Below are positions 9,401 to 21,569 of a DNA stretch of 32,000 nucleotides, piece by piece (position 1 is the first letter of the stretch; the number at the start of each line of letters is the position of its first letter). A program made the position numbers and the translations under genes. This stretch comes from Promethearchaeota archaeon (GTDB taxonomy: Archaea > Asgardarchaeota > Thorarchaeia > Thorarchaeales > Thorarchaeaceae), in contig JALVPN010000040.1 of NCBI GenBank assembly GCA_027031765.1, positions 83,265 to 115,264 on the forward strand, read 5' to 3'. Below the pieces are notes generated by a model that was not told where the DNA came from, did no database searches, and saw only the letters and a list, made by a program, of their open reading frames with translations.

Positions 9401-9827
9401 GCTGAAGACCGATGTGTTCATTGGCTGTGTATACTACATGAAGCTACACCACATGGTGGCGGACAAGATCCATGCGAGGGCCCGTGGACCAGTCCAAATC
9501 TTGACGCGCCAGCCAACTGAGGGGCGGGCCCGCGAGGGCGGCCTGCGTTTTGGTGAGATGGAACGCGACGTGCTCATCGGTCACGGTGCTGCAATCTTGC
9601 TGAAGGGACGCTTACTTGACGAGTCCGACAAGAGTACGATGCTTGTCTGTGAAGAGTGTGGCCTGATAGGCGTGTACGACCGTAACAAGGATCAGTACTA
9701 TTGCCCAATCTGTGGCCCAAGCGCGAGAATCAGCAGTGTGGTTGTGTCTTATGCGTTCAAGCTCTTGCTCCAAGAAATGATGTCCCTTGGCCTTGCATGT
9801 CGCCTGCGCCTCAAGGAGATGATCTAG
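6462..9827 (+). CDS. rpoB: DNA-directed RNA polymerase subunit B, unsplit (Rpo2)
   Basis: GGYFIINGSERV, RDLHSTHWG, ETPEGPNCGLVKN, GDKYASRHGQKG, GGLRFGEMERD, C-terminal Zn motif CEECG...CPICG. Confidence 0.99.
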   Translation: MVGERRDKYWPVIESFFKEYGLVGQHLDSFNRFIREELQQVVDSVSEIKPKIEGYTVALGKIEVHPPSIREADGSEHPLYPNEARIRNLTYASKLLLECTPIRRDGSTTTRLETVRIYIGDLPIMLRSETCLLHGMTEEELIKHGEDPKDPGGYFIINGSERVLVTQEDLAPNRILIEEASKSSSYTHIAKVFSTSRGFRAPVTIERKRTGELRVSFPSVPGKIPLAILMKALGLESDKDIADVISDDEEIRNELIVTIEQSAPINAPRDGSGGSTVENALDFIGKRVAVGQTREYRLARAEKVLDRYLLPHIGTEPEDRLQKAYYLGQMVERLLELVLGKRQPDDKDHYANKRLKLSGDLLVSLFRVALYSLTRDIKYQLERTAVRGRKPNIRTAVRADVITQRLKHALATGNWVGGKAGVSQLLDRTNYISSLSHLRRVVSPLSRSQPHFEARDLHSTHWGKVCPNETPEGPNCGLVKNIAMMAYISVGTNEDAVEQALMQADVEAIEARQGRRGAKWADVFLNGRLVGVHAAPKLLVRAIRQRRRAGEIDQEVNIAYYEDTNEVQVNCDAGRVRRPLIIVENGQSRLTDEHLRMIEEGEWTFNDLLRNGIMEFLDAEEEENTLIAMYPEDIRPNTTHLEIVPSTILGISAALIPFPEHNQSPRNVYMAGMAKQSVGVPASNFKFRADTRSHFFHYPQVPLVKTRAMDSIGYEERPAGQNFIVAILSFEGYNIEDALILNKASIDRGLGRSTFCRVYESEERKYPGGQEDRFEIPDRSVRGYRASESYRNLGEDGIIETEVEVQGGDVLIGRTSPPRFLEEYSEFEITSPNRRETSVAVRHGESGVVDSVILTETIDGNRLVKVKVRDLRIPELGDKYASRHGQKGVIGYLAPQEDLPFTEDGVVPDLVLNPHAIPSRMTIGQILEMIAGKAAAMEGKQQDATPFCGVTEEELFGLLKKHGFQHTGRETMYSGVTGEKLKTDVFIGCVYYMKLHHMVADKIHARARGPVQILTRQPTEGRAREGGLRFGEMERDVLIGHGAAILLKGRLLDESDKSTMLVCEECGLIGVYDRNKDQYYCPICGPSARISSVVVSYAFKLLLQEMMSLGLACRLRLKEMI

Positions 9828-9829
9828 GA

Positions 9830-13707
<3,878 letters not shown>

Positions 13708-13710
13708 TAA

Positions 13711-13733
13711 GAGCGGGCTACGATGAGTCGCTC
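13711..13733 (+). terminator. Hairpin just after the rpoA2 stop (possible terminator or processing site)
   Basis: GAGCG-GGCT-ACGATG-AGT-CGCTC stem-loop 4 nt after the stop; no U-tract. Confidence 0.3.
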
Positions 13734-13740
13734 ATATGTC

Positions 13741-13752
13741 GATAACATTAAA
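13741..13752 (+). promoter_or_regulatory. BRE/TATA candidate for rpl30e-nusA
   Basis: GATAACATTAAA, identical to the 12-mer 41 nt upstream of tRNA-Ser (21529-21540). Confidence 0.6.
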
Positions 13753-13821
13753 ACCGAACATCAGTGATGAGGGCCTGGCATTGAAACCAGTTGGAAACGA
13801 CAAGAGAAGAGGTTGTAGTAG

Positions 13822-14115
13822 TTGAGTTTGAACCAGTCAATTGCCAGTGCAGTCAGTACCGGAAAGTGCAAGATTGGCGCAAGAGCAGTACTTGATGCCA
13901 TCAGGAATGGTGAAGCAAGACTTGTGGTTGTGGCGGCCAACTGTCCCAAGAACCAGTACGAGGACATCATGCACTATGCAGCACTCGGGTCGGTAAAGGT
14001 CTACGAGTTTGGGGGGACTTCATGGGATTTGGGCGAGATTGCAGGAAAACCATTCATGGTTTCGGCTATTGCAGTCATTGAGCCGGGTGACTCACAAATC
14101 CTTAGTATTGTCTGA
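13822..14115 (+). CDS. rpl30e: 50S ribosomal protein L30e
   Basis: TGKCKIGAR...LVVVAANCP...GTSWDLGEIAGKPFMVSAIAVIEPGDSQIL; conserved position after rpoA2; TTG start. Confidence 0.96.
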   Translation: MSLNQSIASAVSTGKCKIGARAVLDAIRNGEARLVVVAANCPKNQYEDIMHYAALGSVKVYEFGGTSWDLGEIAGKPFMVSAIAVIEPGDSQILSIV

Positions 14116-14125
14116 GGCGAGTCCA

Positions 14126-14560
14126 TTGGCCCGCGTCAAGCTCTCAATGGAAGACATGGCACTCATTGCCCAGTTCGAACGGATTACCGGTGCGTCGGCT
14201 GTGGATGTTGTGCGGGACGACGAGGGGGACCGCATAATCCTTGTCGTCAGACCAGACCAGCTGGCCAAGGCGATTGGAAGGGGAGGAGGCAACGTACGTG
14301 CGGCAGCAGATGCGTTTGGTATGGCCGTCGATATCGTACAATTCGCGGAAACCGTGGAGGAGTTCATCAAGAACGCACTGGCGCCGGCGCGTGTGGAAAA
14401 CGTCAGGATTATCGAACACAGGGATGGCAACCGTGTTGCAGTAGTAACCGTGAGGCACGAGGACAGGGGGATTGCAATCGGACGTGACGGTCGCAATGTG
14501 GCCCGGGCCAGGATTCTTGCAAAACGTCATTTTGACCTTGACAATGTGACCATTATCTGA
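14126..14560 (+). CDS. nusA: Archaeal NusA (KH-domain transcription factor)
   Basis: FERITGA, AKAIGRGGGNV, GIAIGRDGRNVARARILAKRHF. Start placed at TTG 14126; the ORF-track start overlaps rpl30e. Confidence 0.95.
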   Translation: MARVKLSMEDMALIAQFERITGASAVDVVRDDEGDRIILVVRPDQLAKAIGRGGGNVRAAADAFGMAVDIVQFAETVEEFIKNALAPARVENVRIIEHRDGNRVAVVTVRHEDRGIAIGRDGRNVARARILAKRHFDLDNVTII

Positions 14561-14589
14561 GGGGCCGCCTCATCACTGGCGGGAGCCCC
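14561..14589 (+). terminator. GC-rich hairpin immediately after the nusA stop
   Basis: CCGCC-TCATCACT-GGCGG with an outer GGGG/CCCC extension. Confidence 0.35.
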
Positions 14590-14936
14590 CGATATAAGGA
14601 ACATGTGTTAATATGACATCCCAAGCCCCGAATGTACCTGCACCGCCACATGGTCGTGCACGAACGCCGGTTGTGGAATGTTCAGGACAACAATCAAAAT
14701 AGGAACGACTATGAGGGGGAATGATGAGAACATACATCTGGGACTTGCAGACAATGAAACACCTCCCATGGAGGCACCGTGGATTCCTCCGAACAGATTG
14801 CATTCGCCATAGGGGCCGGTGGCCTGCGTGACCAGAAGGTCATGATGTCCTGTCCACATTATTATATACACTGACGACCTCTGCACATACATCGGGCAGT
14901 AGCCGGATATGCGGCATAGAAGCCGGAGGAAGTATA

Positions 14937-15929
14937 TTGGTGACGATATGCTTGGGCCTTGAGGGAACCGCCCACTCGTTCGGAGCGGGTGTAGTGTCCA
15001 GCGACGGGAAAGTCATGTCGAATGTCTGGGACATGATTCGCCCTCAAAAGGGGGGCATCCATCCCCGAGAGGCAGCCCGACACCATTCCGAGAAGGGACC
15101 CACAATCATCCGACATGCGCTTGAAGAGGCAGGAGTGACGGCACAGGATATACAACTTGTCGCATTCTCAAGGGGACCTGGTTTGGGGCCCTGCCTCAGG
15201 ACGACTGCAACGATGGCCCGCGTGCTGGCATTGCACCTATCAGTCCCACTTGTAGGGGTCAACCACTGTGTTGCACACATCGAAATTGGCTGCCTGGAGT
15301 CAGGGTTTCAAGACCCGGTAACCGTGTACGTTTCAGGCGGGAATACGCAGGTCATCGCCTTTGCAGGAGGCCGCTTCAGAACCTTTGGCGAAACCCTAGA
15401 CATTGCGATTGGAAACATGCTGGATGTGTTTGGGAGGAGTGCGGGAATGCGTTTCCCTGCTGGACCAGAAATCGAACGTGAGGCACAACTCGGCCGAGAG
15501 TATCATGCCCTCCCATACTCGGTAAAGGGGATGGACTTGAGTTACTCAGGGATGCTGACAGCGGCCAGACGGTTGCTCTCAGGAGGAGTCCCCCTGCCCG
15601 ATGTGTGTTTCAGCATTCAGGAAACCGCATTTGGAATGTTGGCCGAGATTGCTGAGAGGGCGATTGCGCACACCAAGAAACGTGAACTCTTGCTCACAGG
15701 AGGAGTGGCACGGAACAGCCGCCTGACAGAGATACTCAGTGGCGTGGCGGTGCGCCATGATGTACGGTTCCACAGGGTTTCGCCATCGCTCGCCGGAGAT
15801 CAGGGGGCAATGATTGCTTGGACAGGTATCCTGCAGTATCTTGCTGGAAACACTGTTGATGTCGCGGAGTCACAGGTACTACCGCGGTGGAGAACCGACG
15901 AACAGGAGATAAGATGGAGGGCGATGTGA
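14937..15929 (+). CDS. kae1: KEOPS t6A synthase Kae1
   Basis: GLEGTAHSFG, REAARHH, VNHCVAHIE, VSGGNT, ETLDIAIGNMLD, GGVARN, DQGAMIAW. Confidence 0.97.
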   Translation: MVTICLGLEGTAHSFGAGVVSSDGKVMSNVWDMIRPQKGGIHPREAARHHSEKGPTIIRHALEEAGVTAQDIQLVAFSRGPGLGPCLRTTATMARVLALHLSVPLVGVNHCVAHIEIGCLESGFQDPVTVYVSGGNTQVIAFAGGRFRTFGETLDIAIGNMLDVFGRSAGMRFPAGPEIEREAQLGREYHALPYSVKGMDLSYSGMLTAARRLLSGGVPLPDVCFSIQETAFGMLAEIAERAIAHTKKRELLLTGGVARNSRLTEILSGVAVRHDVRFHRVSPSLAGDQGAMIAWTGILQYLAGNTVDVAESQVLPRWRTDEQEIRWRAM

Positions 15930-16561
15930 TGGTAGAGTATACGGTGATTGCAGTTGGGGCGGAATCAGAAATACTGAGGACTCGACTCTGGAGCCGGGAG
16001 CTTGTGGTGAAACGTAGACCCGCAAAGCCGTACTTGCATGACAAGATTGATGCATATCTTAGGAGATATAGGACAGTACGTGAGTGCAAGATGCTTGCGT
16101 ATGCCCGTGGGCTTGGGATACCGACGCCAGCAGTCTATGCAGTGGACTTGGCAGAGTGTTCAATTGTCATGGACTATGTTGACGGGGTGCAGCTCAAGGA
16201 GTTGGTGGGCCACGTTTCACCCGAGCAGTTAGTAAGACTCTGCAAGAGGTTTGGTGAAATGATTGCAGGACTCCATCGTGGTGATGTGGTCCATGGTGAC
16301 CCGACCACCAGCAATGTCCTCGTAGAGCCGAGTGGGAGGATGTGGATTGTTGATTTTGGGCTCGCTGATGTCAACGCAACGGTGGAGATGAAGGGGGTCG
16401 ACCTCCACCTAGTCAGACGCGCACTTGAAACCACTCATTGGCAACACCAAGAGCAGATGCTGAAGGCTGTACTGGACGGGTATCAGAGCATCGTGGGCGA
16501 CGGTGCAGACGAAATCACAAGGCGGATGGAGGAAATCCGTCAGCGTGGGCGTTATCACTAG
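15929..16561 (+). CDS. bud32: KEOPS kinase/ATPase Bud32
   Basis: GAES, VVKRR-x2-KPY, HGDPTTSN, VDFGL, VDLHL. ATG 15929 overlaps the kae1 TGA; GGAGG SD upstream. Confidence 0.96.
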   Translation: MVEYTVIAVGAESEILRTRLWSRELVVKRRPAKPYLHDKIDAYLRRYRTVRECKMLAYARGLGIPTPAVYAVDLAECSIVMDYVDGVQLKELVGHVSPEQLVRLCKRFGEMIAGLHRGDVVHGDPTTSNVLVEPSGRMWIVDFGLADVNATVEMKGVDLHLVRRALETTHWQHQEQMLKAVLDGYQSIVGDGADEITRRMEEIRQRGRYH

Positions 16562-16674
16562 GCGACCGTGAACCCAGGCCCTACTCGACACCATGGCCGC
16601 CAACACGTTCTGGTGGTACATTCTGTCACGGGTAGGGTCATAGAATGGTGTTGGGCTTGGAACGCAAAGCAACC

Positions 16675-16681
16675 TTTATAT
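16675..16681 (+). promoter_or_regulatory. TATA-box candidate for rps15
   Basis: TTTATAT preceded by purine-rich AAAGCAACC, about 65 nt upstream of the ATG. Confidence 0.55.
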
Positions 16682-16745
16682 CGGCACCAGTGGGGCCACA
16701 GCAGGGCTTCCCTTCTCTGAATCCCGTATAGACAGAGGTATTCAC

Positions 16746-17207
16746 ATGGCAAGAATGCACACGAGGCGAAAGGGACGGTCTGGCAGCAAGCGCCCATCGG
16801 CCCTACGTGCCCCTGAGTGGCTCGATGAGGAGAAGACACCCGAATGGGTCGAGTCCAAGGTGGTTGAACTCGCAAAGGCTGGCAACTCTCCTTCGATGAT
16901 AGGAATGATAATGAGAGACCAGTTTGGTATACCTCTGGTCAAGGTTATAACGGGAAAGAGAATAGTGACAATTCTACTTGAACATGGACTCGCAAGGACA
17001 ATCCCTGAAGATTTGCGGAACATGATTGCGAGAGCTGCACGGATACGAAGGCATCTTGAAGATAACAAGAAAGACTTTGTTTCGAAGAGGAGCCTGCAGC
17101 TGGTTGAGAGTAAGATTCACCGACTCTCAAAGTACTATCGGCGGAAGGGAGTCCTACCGAGTGACTGGAAGTACAGCCCAGATCAGGCTGCAATATACCT
17201 ACGCTAG
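16746..17207 (+). CDS. rps15: 30S ribosomal protein S15 (uS15, S15P/S13e)
   Basis: MARMHTRRKGRSGSKRP, SPSMIGMIMRDQFGIP, IPEDLRNMI, LVESKIHRLSKYYRRKGVLPSDWKY. Confidence 0.98.
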   Translation: MARMHTRRKGRSGSKRPSALRAPEWLDEEKTPEWVESKVVELAKAGNSPSMIGMIMRDQFGIPLVKVITGKRIVTILLEHGLARTIPEDLRNMIARAARIRRHLEDNKKDFVSKRSLQLVESKIHRLSKYYRRKGVLPSDWKYSPDQAAIYLR

Positions 17208-17264
17208 TTTCAGCAGAGAACAGCTTGATGTTGGTACGACCGCCCTTTGGAAGTACGGTTGTGC

Positions 17265-17633
17265 CTACTGTTGCTTAGAGCCGACCTTGACGAGGATGTC
17301 TAGTAAGACCGAGAGCAACTCTGCAGTCTTTGCAAGAGCATCAAGGTTAGACTCCTTCTCGAACAGTGACAACAGGGCTTCAATCTTGGACGAAACGACT
17401 GTGCGGACACTGCTGACCACAGTAGCAGGCATACCCTCATCAGCCGTCCCGTCAGTTGGTGTGGGCTCCGGCCCAAACCTTCGGTCACACGAGGCACAGT
17501 ACACTTTGTCCTTCACTTTGAACAGAGGGGCTCCACAGTTAGGACAGGACTCCGCAAGCATCGTTGCCCCACGACGCAGTAGTTCGGCCATCCTCTTGAT
17601 TGCCGCATCGCTGTTTTCTGGCATCGGCATCAC
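17265..17633 (-). CDS. UPF0148 / SSSCA1 (autoantigen p27)-like Zn-ribbon protein
   Basis: MAELLRRGATMLAESCPNCGAPLF...YCASC; usual divergent neighbour of UPF0147. Confidence 0.88.
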   Translation of the reverse strand: MMPMPENSDAAIKRMAELLRRGATMLAESCPNCGAPLFKVKDKVYCASCDRRFGPEPTPTDGTADEGMPATVVSSVRTVVSSKIEALLSLFEKESNLDALAKTAELLSVLLDILVKVGSKQQ

Positions 17634-17653
17634 CCAACAGAGCCGTGTGAAAC

Positions 17654-17661
17654 GATATAAG
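17654..17661. promoter_or_regulatory. TATA-like element in the divergent UPF0148/UPF0147 region
   Basis: GATATAAG (CTTATATC on the minus strand) 21-28 nt upstream of the UPF0148 start. Confidence 0.45.
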
Positions 17662-17786
17662 CGATTGTACGATTATGAGCGAGCTCGTTGGTGCGTAGAG
17701 AAACTTTGATATGGCTAAGTCAGGTGGTTGTTCATGTTGTTCGCACTCGGTTTGTGCGCATAGACAATTCCCTAGAGGTGAGTCCA

Positions 17787-18053
17787 ATGATGGACCCCGA
17801 GACGGAGAGAAGTATTGAACAATCAAAGCTGCTGCTGAGGCAGATATCAGAGGACACATCAGTCCCCCGCAATATCAGACGCGCTGCAAATGAGGCGATT
17901 GCAGTTCTTGAGAACGAGGACGACTCGCCAGCGGTCAGGGCTCAGAATGCAATCTCCATTCTGGACGAGCCGAGCCAGGATCCCAATTGCCCGAACCATG
18001 CGCGAACAAAAATATGGCATGTTTCGAGTCTACTGGAGCCAATCCGTGACTAG
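17787..18053 (+). CDS. UPF0147 family protein
   Basis: ISEDTSVPRNIRRAA...PAVRAQNAISILDEPSQDPNCPNHARTKIW; SD GAGGTGA before ATG 17787. Confidence 0.92.
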   Translation: MMDPETERSIEQSKLLLRQISEDTSVPRNIRRAANEAIAVLENEDDSPAVRAQNAISILDEPSQDPNCPNHARTKIWHVSSLLEPIRD

Positions 18054-18161
18054 AGCCCAGTTGGGACGAGTAACGCAGCTGTTGGTCGGACATTCAGTTG
18101 ACCAGTCAGCCTCGTAGGTTCTCCCTGAGGCTGACATATGTTCTTGGGCCAGTGTTTGGAC

Positions 18162-19643
18162 ATGATCAGGGCAAGGATTAGAGGGATATACTCGCAATCG
18201 CTGACGCAGATTCTACTCCAAAACCACTTTGAGATTGTCCAGCCGACTCCAGAAGTCGCCCGCAGATTTGGGCTCCCCTTCAGGAGTGACATTCCCGATG
18301 TGGACATATGGGACCGAAGTGACCTCCAGGGGATTGTAGCAATTGCGTTTGAGTCTGTTCTTGAGCGTCTTGCAGAAGTTCTCCGGAGGCGTCTAGGATG
18401 GGTGATAACTAGGACGCCGAGGGTGGCCAAGAGCTCAATATATAGGGGGCGGGTCATAGGTCGTGACGAGAAGACTGGACATGTGCGCGTCGACCTAGGG
18501 ACAATCACGGGGCTGCTGCCAGACCAAGGTCATCAGCGTGGGAATTATGTCATGGTGCAGGTACGCGCGCACGACTACGGACGCAAGGCCCCAATCCTCT
18601 CATCGAGCATAACCATTCCTGGGAAAGCCGCAGTTCTTCTTCCAGAGCCGGTCGTACGACTGAGTACAAAGATTAGAGATGCTGAAAGACGACGAGAACT
18701 CTTGCGGCTTGGTAGACGGTTGCAAGGACATACAGACGACTGGGGGATTCTCTGGCGGACTGCTGCCGAGTCGTTGACAGAAGAGGAGTTGTACGAAGAA
18801 GTCGACAGCCTCCTAGATGTTGCCCAGCAGGTGTACTCGGACTTTCAGGGTATGGACGATGTCGGCCTGCTTTTCGAGGGCACCAGCAATGCGGACATAG
18901 AGTTTCCAGCTGAGGTGAAAGATGCCCTAGACAAGACGCGTGCAAAGATAAGACCCACAATCACGCGACACCACTTCTACAAGAGTGCAGGGTATGCGCC
19001 ATTAGTCGAGCTTGCCGAGTCGGTGATAGAGGACAGGCCCAGTGAACGTGCATACATCACAGCAAAGCTGGAGAAAGTAATCCAACGGGACATGCCAAAG
19101 AAGAACGACCCGGTCAACATAGAACATGTCAAGCTTGATGGGCGAAACATCGTCCTGTCAAGAGGTAGGGTCGTGGACATCAACACACGCGGTCTTCTCA
19201 TAAGGAGACAGTTTAGATACACGAGCAGAAAGCTGAAGATTGAACCGGACTGCCTTGATAGAGTGGATGTTCCACGCGACGAGGGCGACTATGCGGTTAC
19301 GCGTGTTGTCCCGGGTTCGTCAACACTTGTCACGCATTACTACTCTCGTGATGGACATCTAAAAGGCACATACTTCAACATAAACACAGGTGTGGAAGTC
19401 TACCCCGGCAATGGAACCACCCCATGTCGTGTCAGGTATATTGACCTAGAGATTGATGTTGTTGCACCCTTGAACGATGAGCCAAGAATAATAGACCAGC
19501 ACTTACTGAGGCGAGCTGTTCAACGGGGATTCATAACAGCAGGGATGGCAGCACGGGCACAGGCAAGAGCCGAAACAATTCTCAATGAGATTACTGAAGT
19601 GCAGAAACGGAACACCTCATCAAGCGCGGGCATAGACAGGTAG
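18162..19643 (+). CDS. FAU-1-like RNA-binding protein/ribonuclease (RNase G-like N-terminus, S1 region, DUF402 C-terminus)
   Basis: N-terminal RIRGIYSQSLTQILL...IVQPT..VARRFG; C-terminal GTYFNINTGVEVYP...YIDLEIDVV (DUF402 signature). Confidence 0.85.
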   Translation: MIRARIRGIYSQSLTQILLQNHFEIVQPTPEVARRFGLPFRSDIPDVDIWDRSDLQGIVAIAFESVLERLAEVLRRRLGWVITRTPRVAKSSIYRGRVIGRDEKTGHVRVDLGTITGLLPDQGHQRGNYVMVQVRAHDYGRKAPILSSSITIPGKAAVLLPEPVVRLSTKIRDAERRRELLRLGRRLQGHTDDWGILWRTAAESLTEEELYEEVDSLLDVAQQVYSDFQGMDDVGLLFEGTSNADIEFPAEVKDALDKTRAKIRPTITRHHFYKSAGYAPLVELAESVIEDRPSERAYITAKLEKVIQRDMPKKNDPVNIEHVKLDGRNIVLSRGRVVDINTRGLLIRRQFRYTSRKLKIEPDCLDRVDVPRDEGDYAVTRVVPGSSTLVTHYYSRDGHLKGTYFNINTGVEVYPGNGTTPCRVRYIDLEIDVVAPLNDEPRIIDQHLLRRAVQRGFITAGMAARAQARAETILNEITEVQKRNTSSSAGIDR

Positions 19644-19803
19644 GGAGTAGGGCATACAGGTCATAGGCACGATTAGTTGATGGCTGTATGATAATCTTGC
19701 ACACGGATCCGGCATTGTGGGCCTGTGGATGCATTCATCAGCACATGTGTGGCATGCAGCCTTGCAGGTGAGCTTTTATTACTGCAAATCGAGGAGGACG
19801 GAT

Positions 19804-21153
19804 ATGCCCAGTGGCACTGCAGAAGACACCGTGGGCCCCGCGGAGCTCCGCCGAGTGATGGCCGACCACAGACTTGGAGAGAAACGTCTGTTGATAGTGG
19901 TCGGCCCGCAGCCGCAGTCACTTGTTGCGGCTGCAATACTCTGTCGTGCAGCAGTGAGAAAGAGAGTACTTGTCCATACAACATTCCTTGAGCCGGTTGT
20001 GGGAACACACGAATTGGAAACACTACTCGCAGACTTCAAGGACCATGATACTGTCATGATTGGTGTGAAACCTGATGGGAAATTCACACTGCAAGGCGAG
20101 TGTATAGTCATTGGTGCTGGAACAGGGATGGGCTCGGCAGCTCCACAGACCGACTCGATATCTGCAGCGGCGGCTACGTATGTCATTGCACATGAGTGCT
20201 TCGGGACTGGAAAAGGCGACATTGGGTTGGCCGCCATGGGCATTGTGATAGAGCACACGCATGCTCCTCCGACCCACGGGGTTGACGCGGAAATTGTCAG
20301 CTCGGCCCTTGCCCAAGGGGAACTGGAACTGCTGAAAGGGTTCAGGCTCTATGGAACTGGTACCCTATCTGTGGTCGATGCACTGTACCACTGTATCTCG
20401 CCGTGGCTGCCGGGCATCTCTGGCAAGAGAGAACAGTGCGAGGCCATCATTGCGGATGCGAATCTTCCGTTTGTGCGACGGACTCTCCCGATACTCCAGC
20501 TTTCTCGCGAAGAGAAACAAAAGGTCACGATGGGGCTTGTCCAACACCTCGACTCTGAGAAATTATCGCAACTGCTTGGGACTGACTATCTTGCACGGTT
20601 CATGGGCAGTGAGGGCGAGGTCATACAGGTGTCAGACATCTATGCTCTCTTGAGAACCGCATGGACGAGGAGGAGGCTTGGACTCGGTCTTGCAGTCCTC
20701 ATTGGCGACTTGAAGTCCGCACAGCAGGAACTCCGGAATCTTCATGTGCGCCACTGCAAGGACGTTATTGCACATGTCGATATGATACAATCCGCCCTCG
20801 AGGCCACCGGGACACTGACTGAGGGCACAACAATCACAGAAATCGAGATTAATGGCATAGACACGGTAATCCTCTCAGATTTGGGACGGATTGCCTTAGA
20901 AACAAACACAGTAACATCACCAGGACTGTTGCTGCGCACCAATCAGGGACTGGAGCAACCGGTGGCATTTGTGTGGCGCCCAAGCGTGCTGACGCTACAG
21001 AAGGTTCTCAAGGCAGGCATGGTGCAGGGGATTGCCATGCGTTCGACATCAGACAACTCGGTCTCGCTCAGGGCGGGGGCAGAACCATTCCAACGGTTCC
21101 ACAGCATGGCAGAGAACCTCCTTGGAGGGAAAGACGAATGCGGGCCACCATAG
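19804..21153 (+). CDS. RecJ/DHH-superfamily protein at the GAN/Cdc45 locus position, catalytic motifs degenerate
   Basis: RecJ-like segments (LVAAAILCRA...VHTTF, LYHCISPWLPGISG, RRLGLGLAVLIGD); overlaps pcc1, as GAN does in the conserved rps15-recJ-pcc1-rps3ae cluster. Start placed at ATG 19804 after GAGGAGG. Confidence 0.7.
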   Translation: MPSGTAEDTVGPAELRRVMADHRLGEKRLLIVVGPQPQSLVAAAILCRAAVRKRVLVHTTFLEPVVGTHELETLLADFKDHDTVMIGVKPDGKFTLQGECIVIGAGTGMGSAAPQTDSISAAAATYVIAHECFGTGKGDIGLAAMGIVIEHTHAPPTHGVDAEIVSSALAQGELELLKGFRLYGTGTLSVVDALYHCISPWLPGISGKREQCEAIIADANLPFVRRTLPILQLSREEKQKVTMGLVQHLDSEKLSQLLGTDYLARFMGSEGEVIQVSDIYALLRTAWTRRRLGLGLAVLIGDLKSAQQELRNLHVRHCKDVIAHVDMIQSALEATGTLTEGTTITEIEINGIDTVILSDLGRIALETNTVTSPGLLLRTNQGLEQPVAFVWRPSVLTLQKVLKAGMVQGIAMRSTSDNSVSLRAGAEPFQRFHSMAENLLGGKDECGPP

Positions 21154-21398
21154 TACTGTCATTTGCGTCTGAAGTAGTTGCGTCGCAAGTGGGACAGGCA
21201 CTGCTACCCGACAACAGAGGAGTGCCCGATGGTCTTAGAATTAGGATGGGAGAATGTGGCCCAATCCTCACGGTGGTCGTGGAGTGTGACAAGGGGGCGG
21301 GCACACTACGCAATACGATAGACGACATACTTGAGGCAGTGGATGTCACACTTAGAACGCGTGACGCCATCTTCACGGCGGCGACCAATGAGTCATAG
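21138..21398 (+). CDS. pcc1: KEOPS subunit Pcc1
   Basis: 86 aa; ALLPDN and GTLRNTIDDIL are typical Pcc1 segments; overlaps the upstream DHH gene. Confidence 0.85.
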   Translation: MRATIVLSFASEVVASQVGQALLPDNRGVPDGLRIRMGECGPILTVVVECDKGAGTLRNTIDDILEAVDVTLRTRDAIFTAATNES

Positions 21399-21528
21399 AC
21401 TCGTGTGGCAACAGGTCGGCTGAACCTAGTCCGCATGTGGGCCATGATGTCAACGTCCCAGACGGTGCTCTTCCAGCTATCCCACATCTGAGAAACAAGC
21501 CCGATAGGGAAGGACTTGCTGCCCAGTG

Positions 21529-21540
21529 GATAACATTAAA
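21529..21540 (+). promoter_or_regulatory. BRE/TATA of tRNA-Ser
   Basis: GATAACATTAAA ending 30 nt upstream of tRNA G1. Confidence 0.65.
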
Positions 21541-21569
21541 TGTTGATGAACATGATAGAAGACCACAGT

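Noticed and set aside
21436-21491. Box C/D sRNA (ATGATGT...CTGA)
   Set aside because: C box imperfect, no credible C'/D', and the putative guide CCCACAT pairs with its own flank ATGTGGG.
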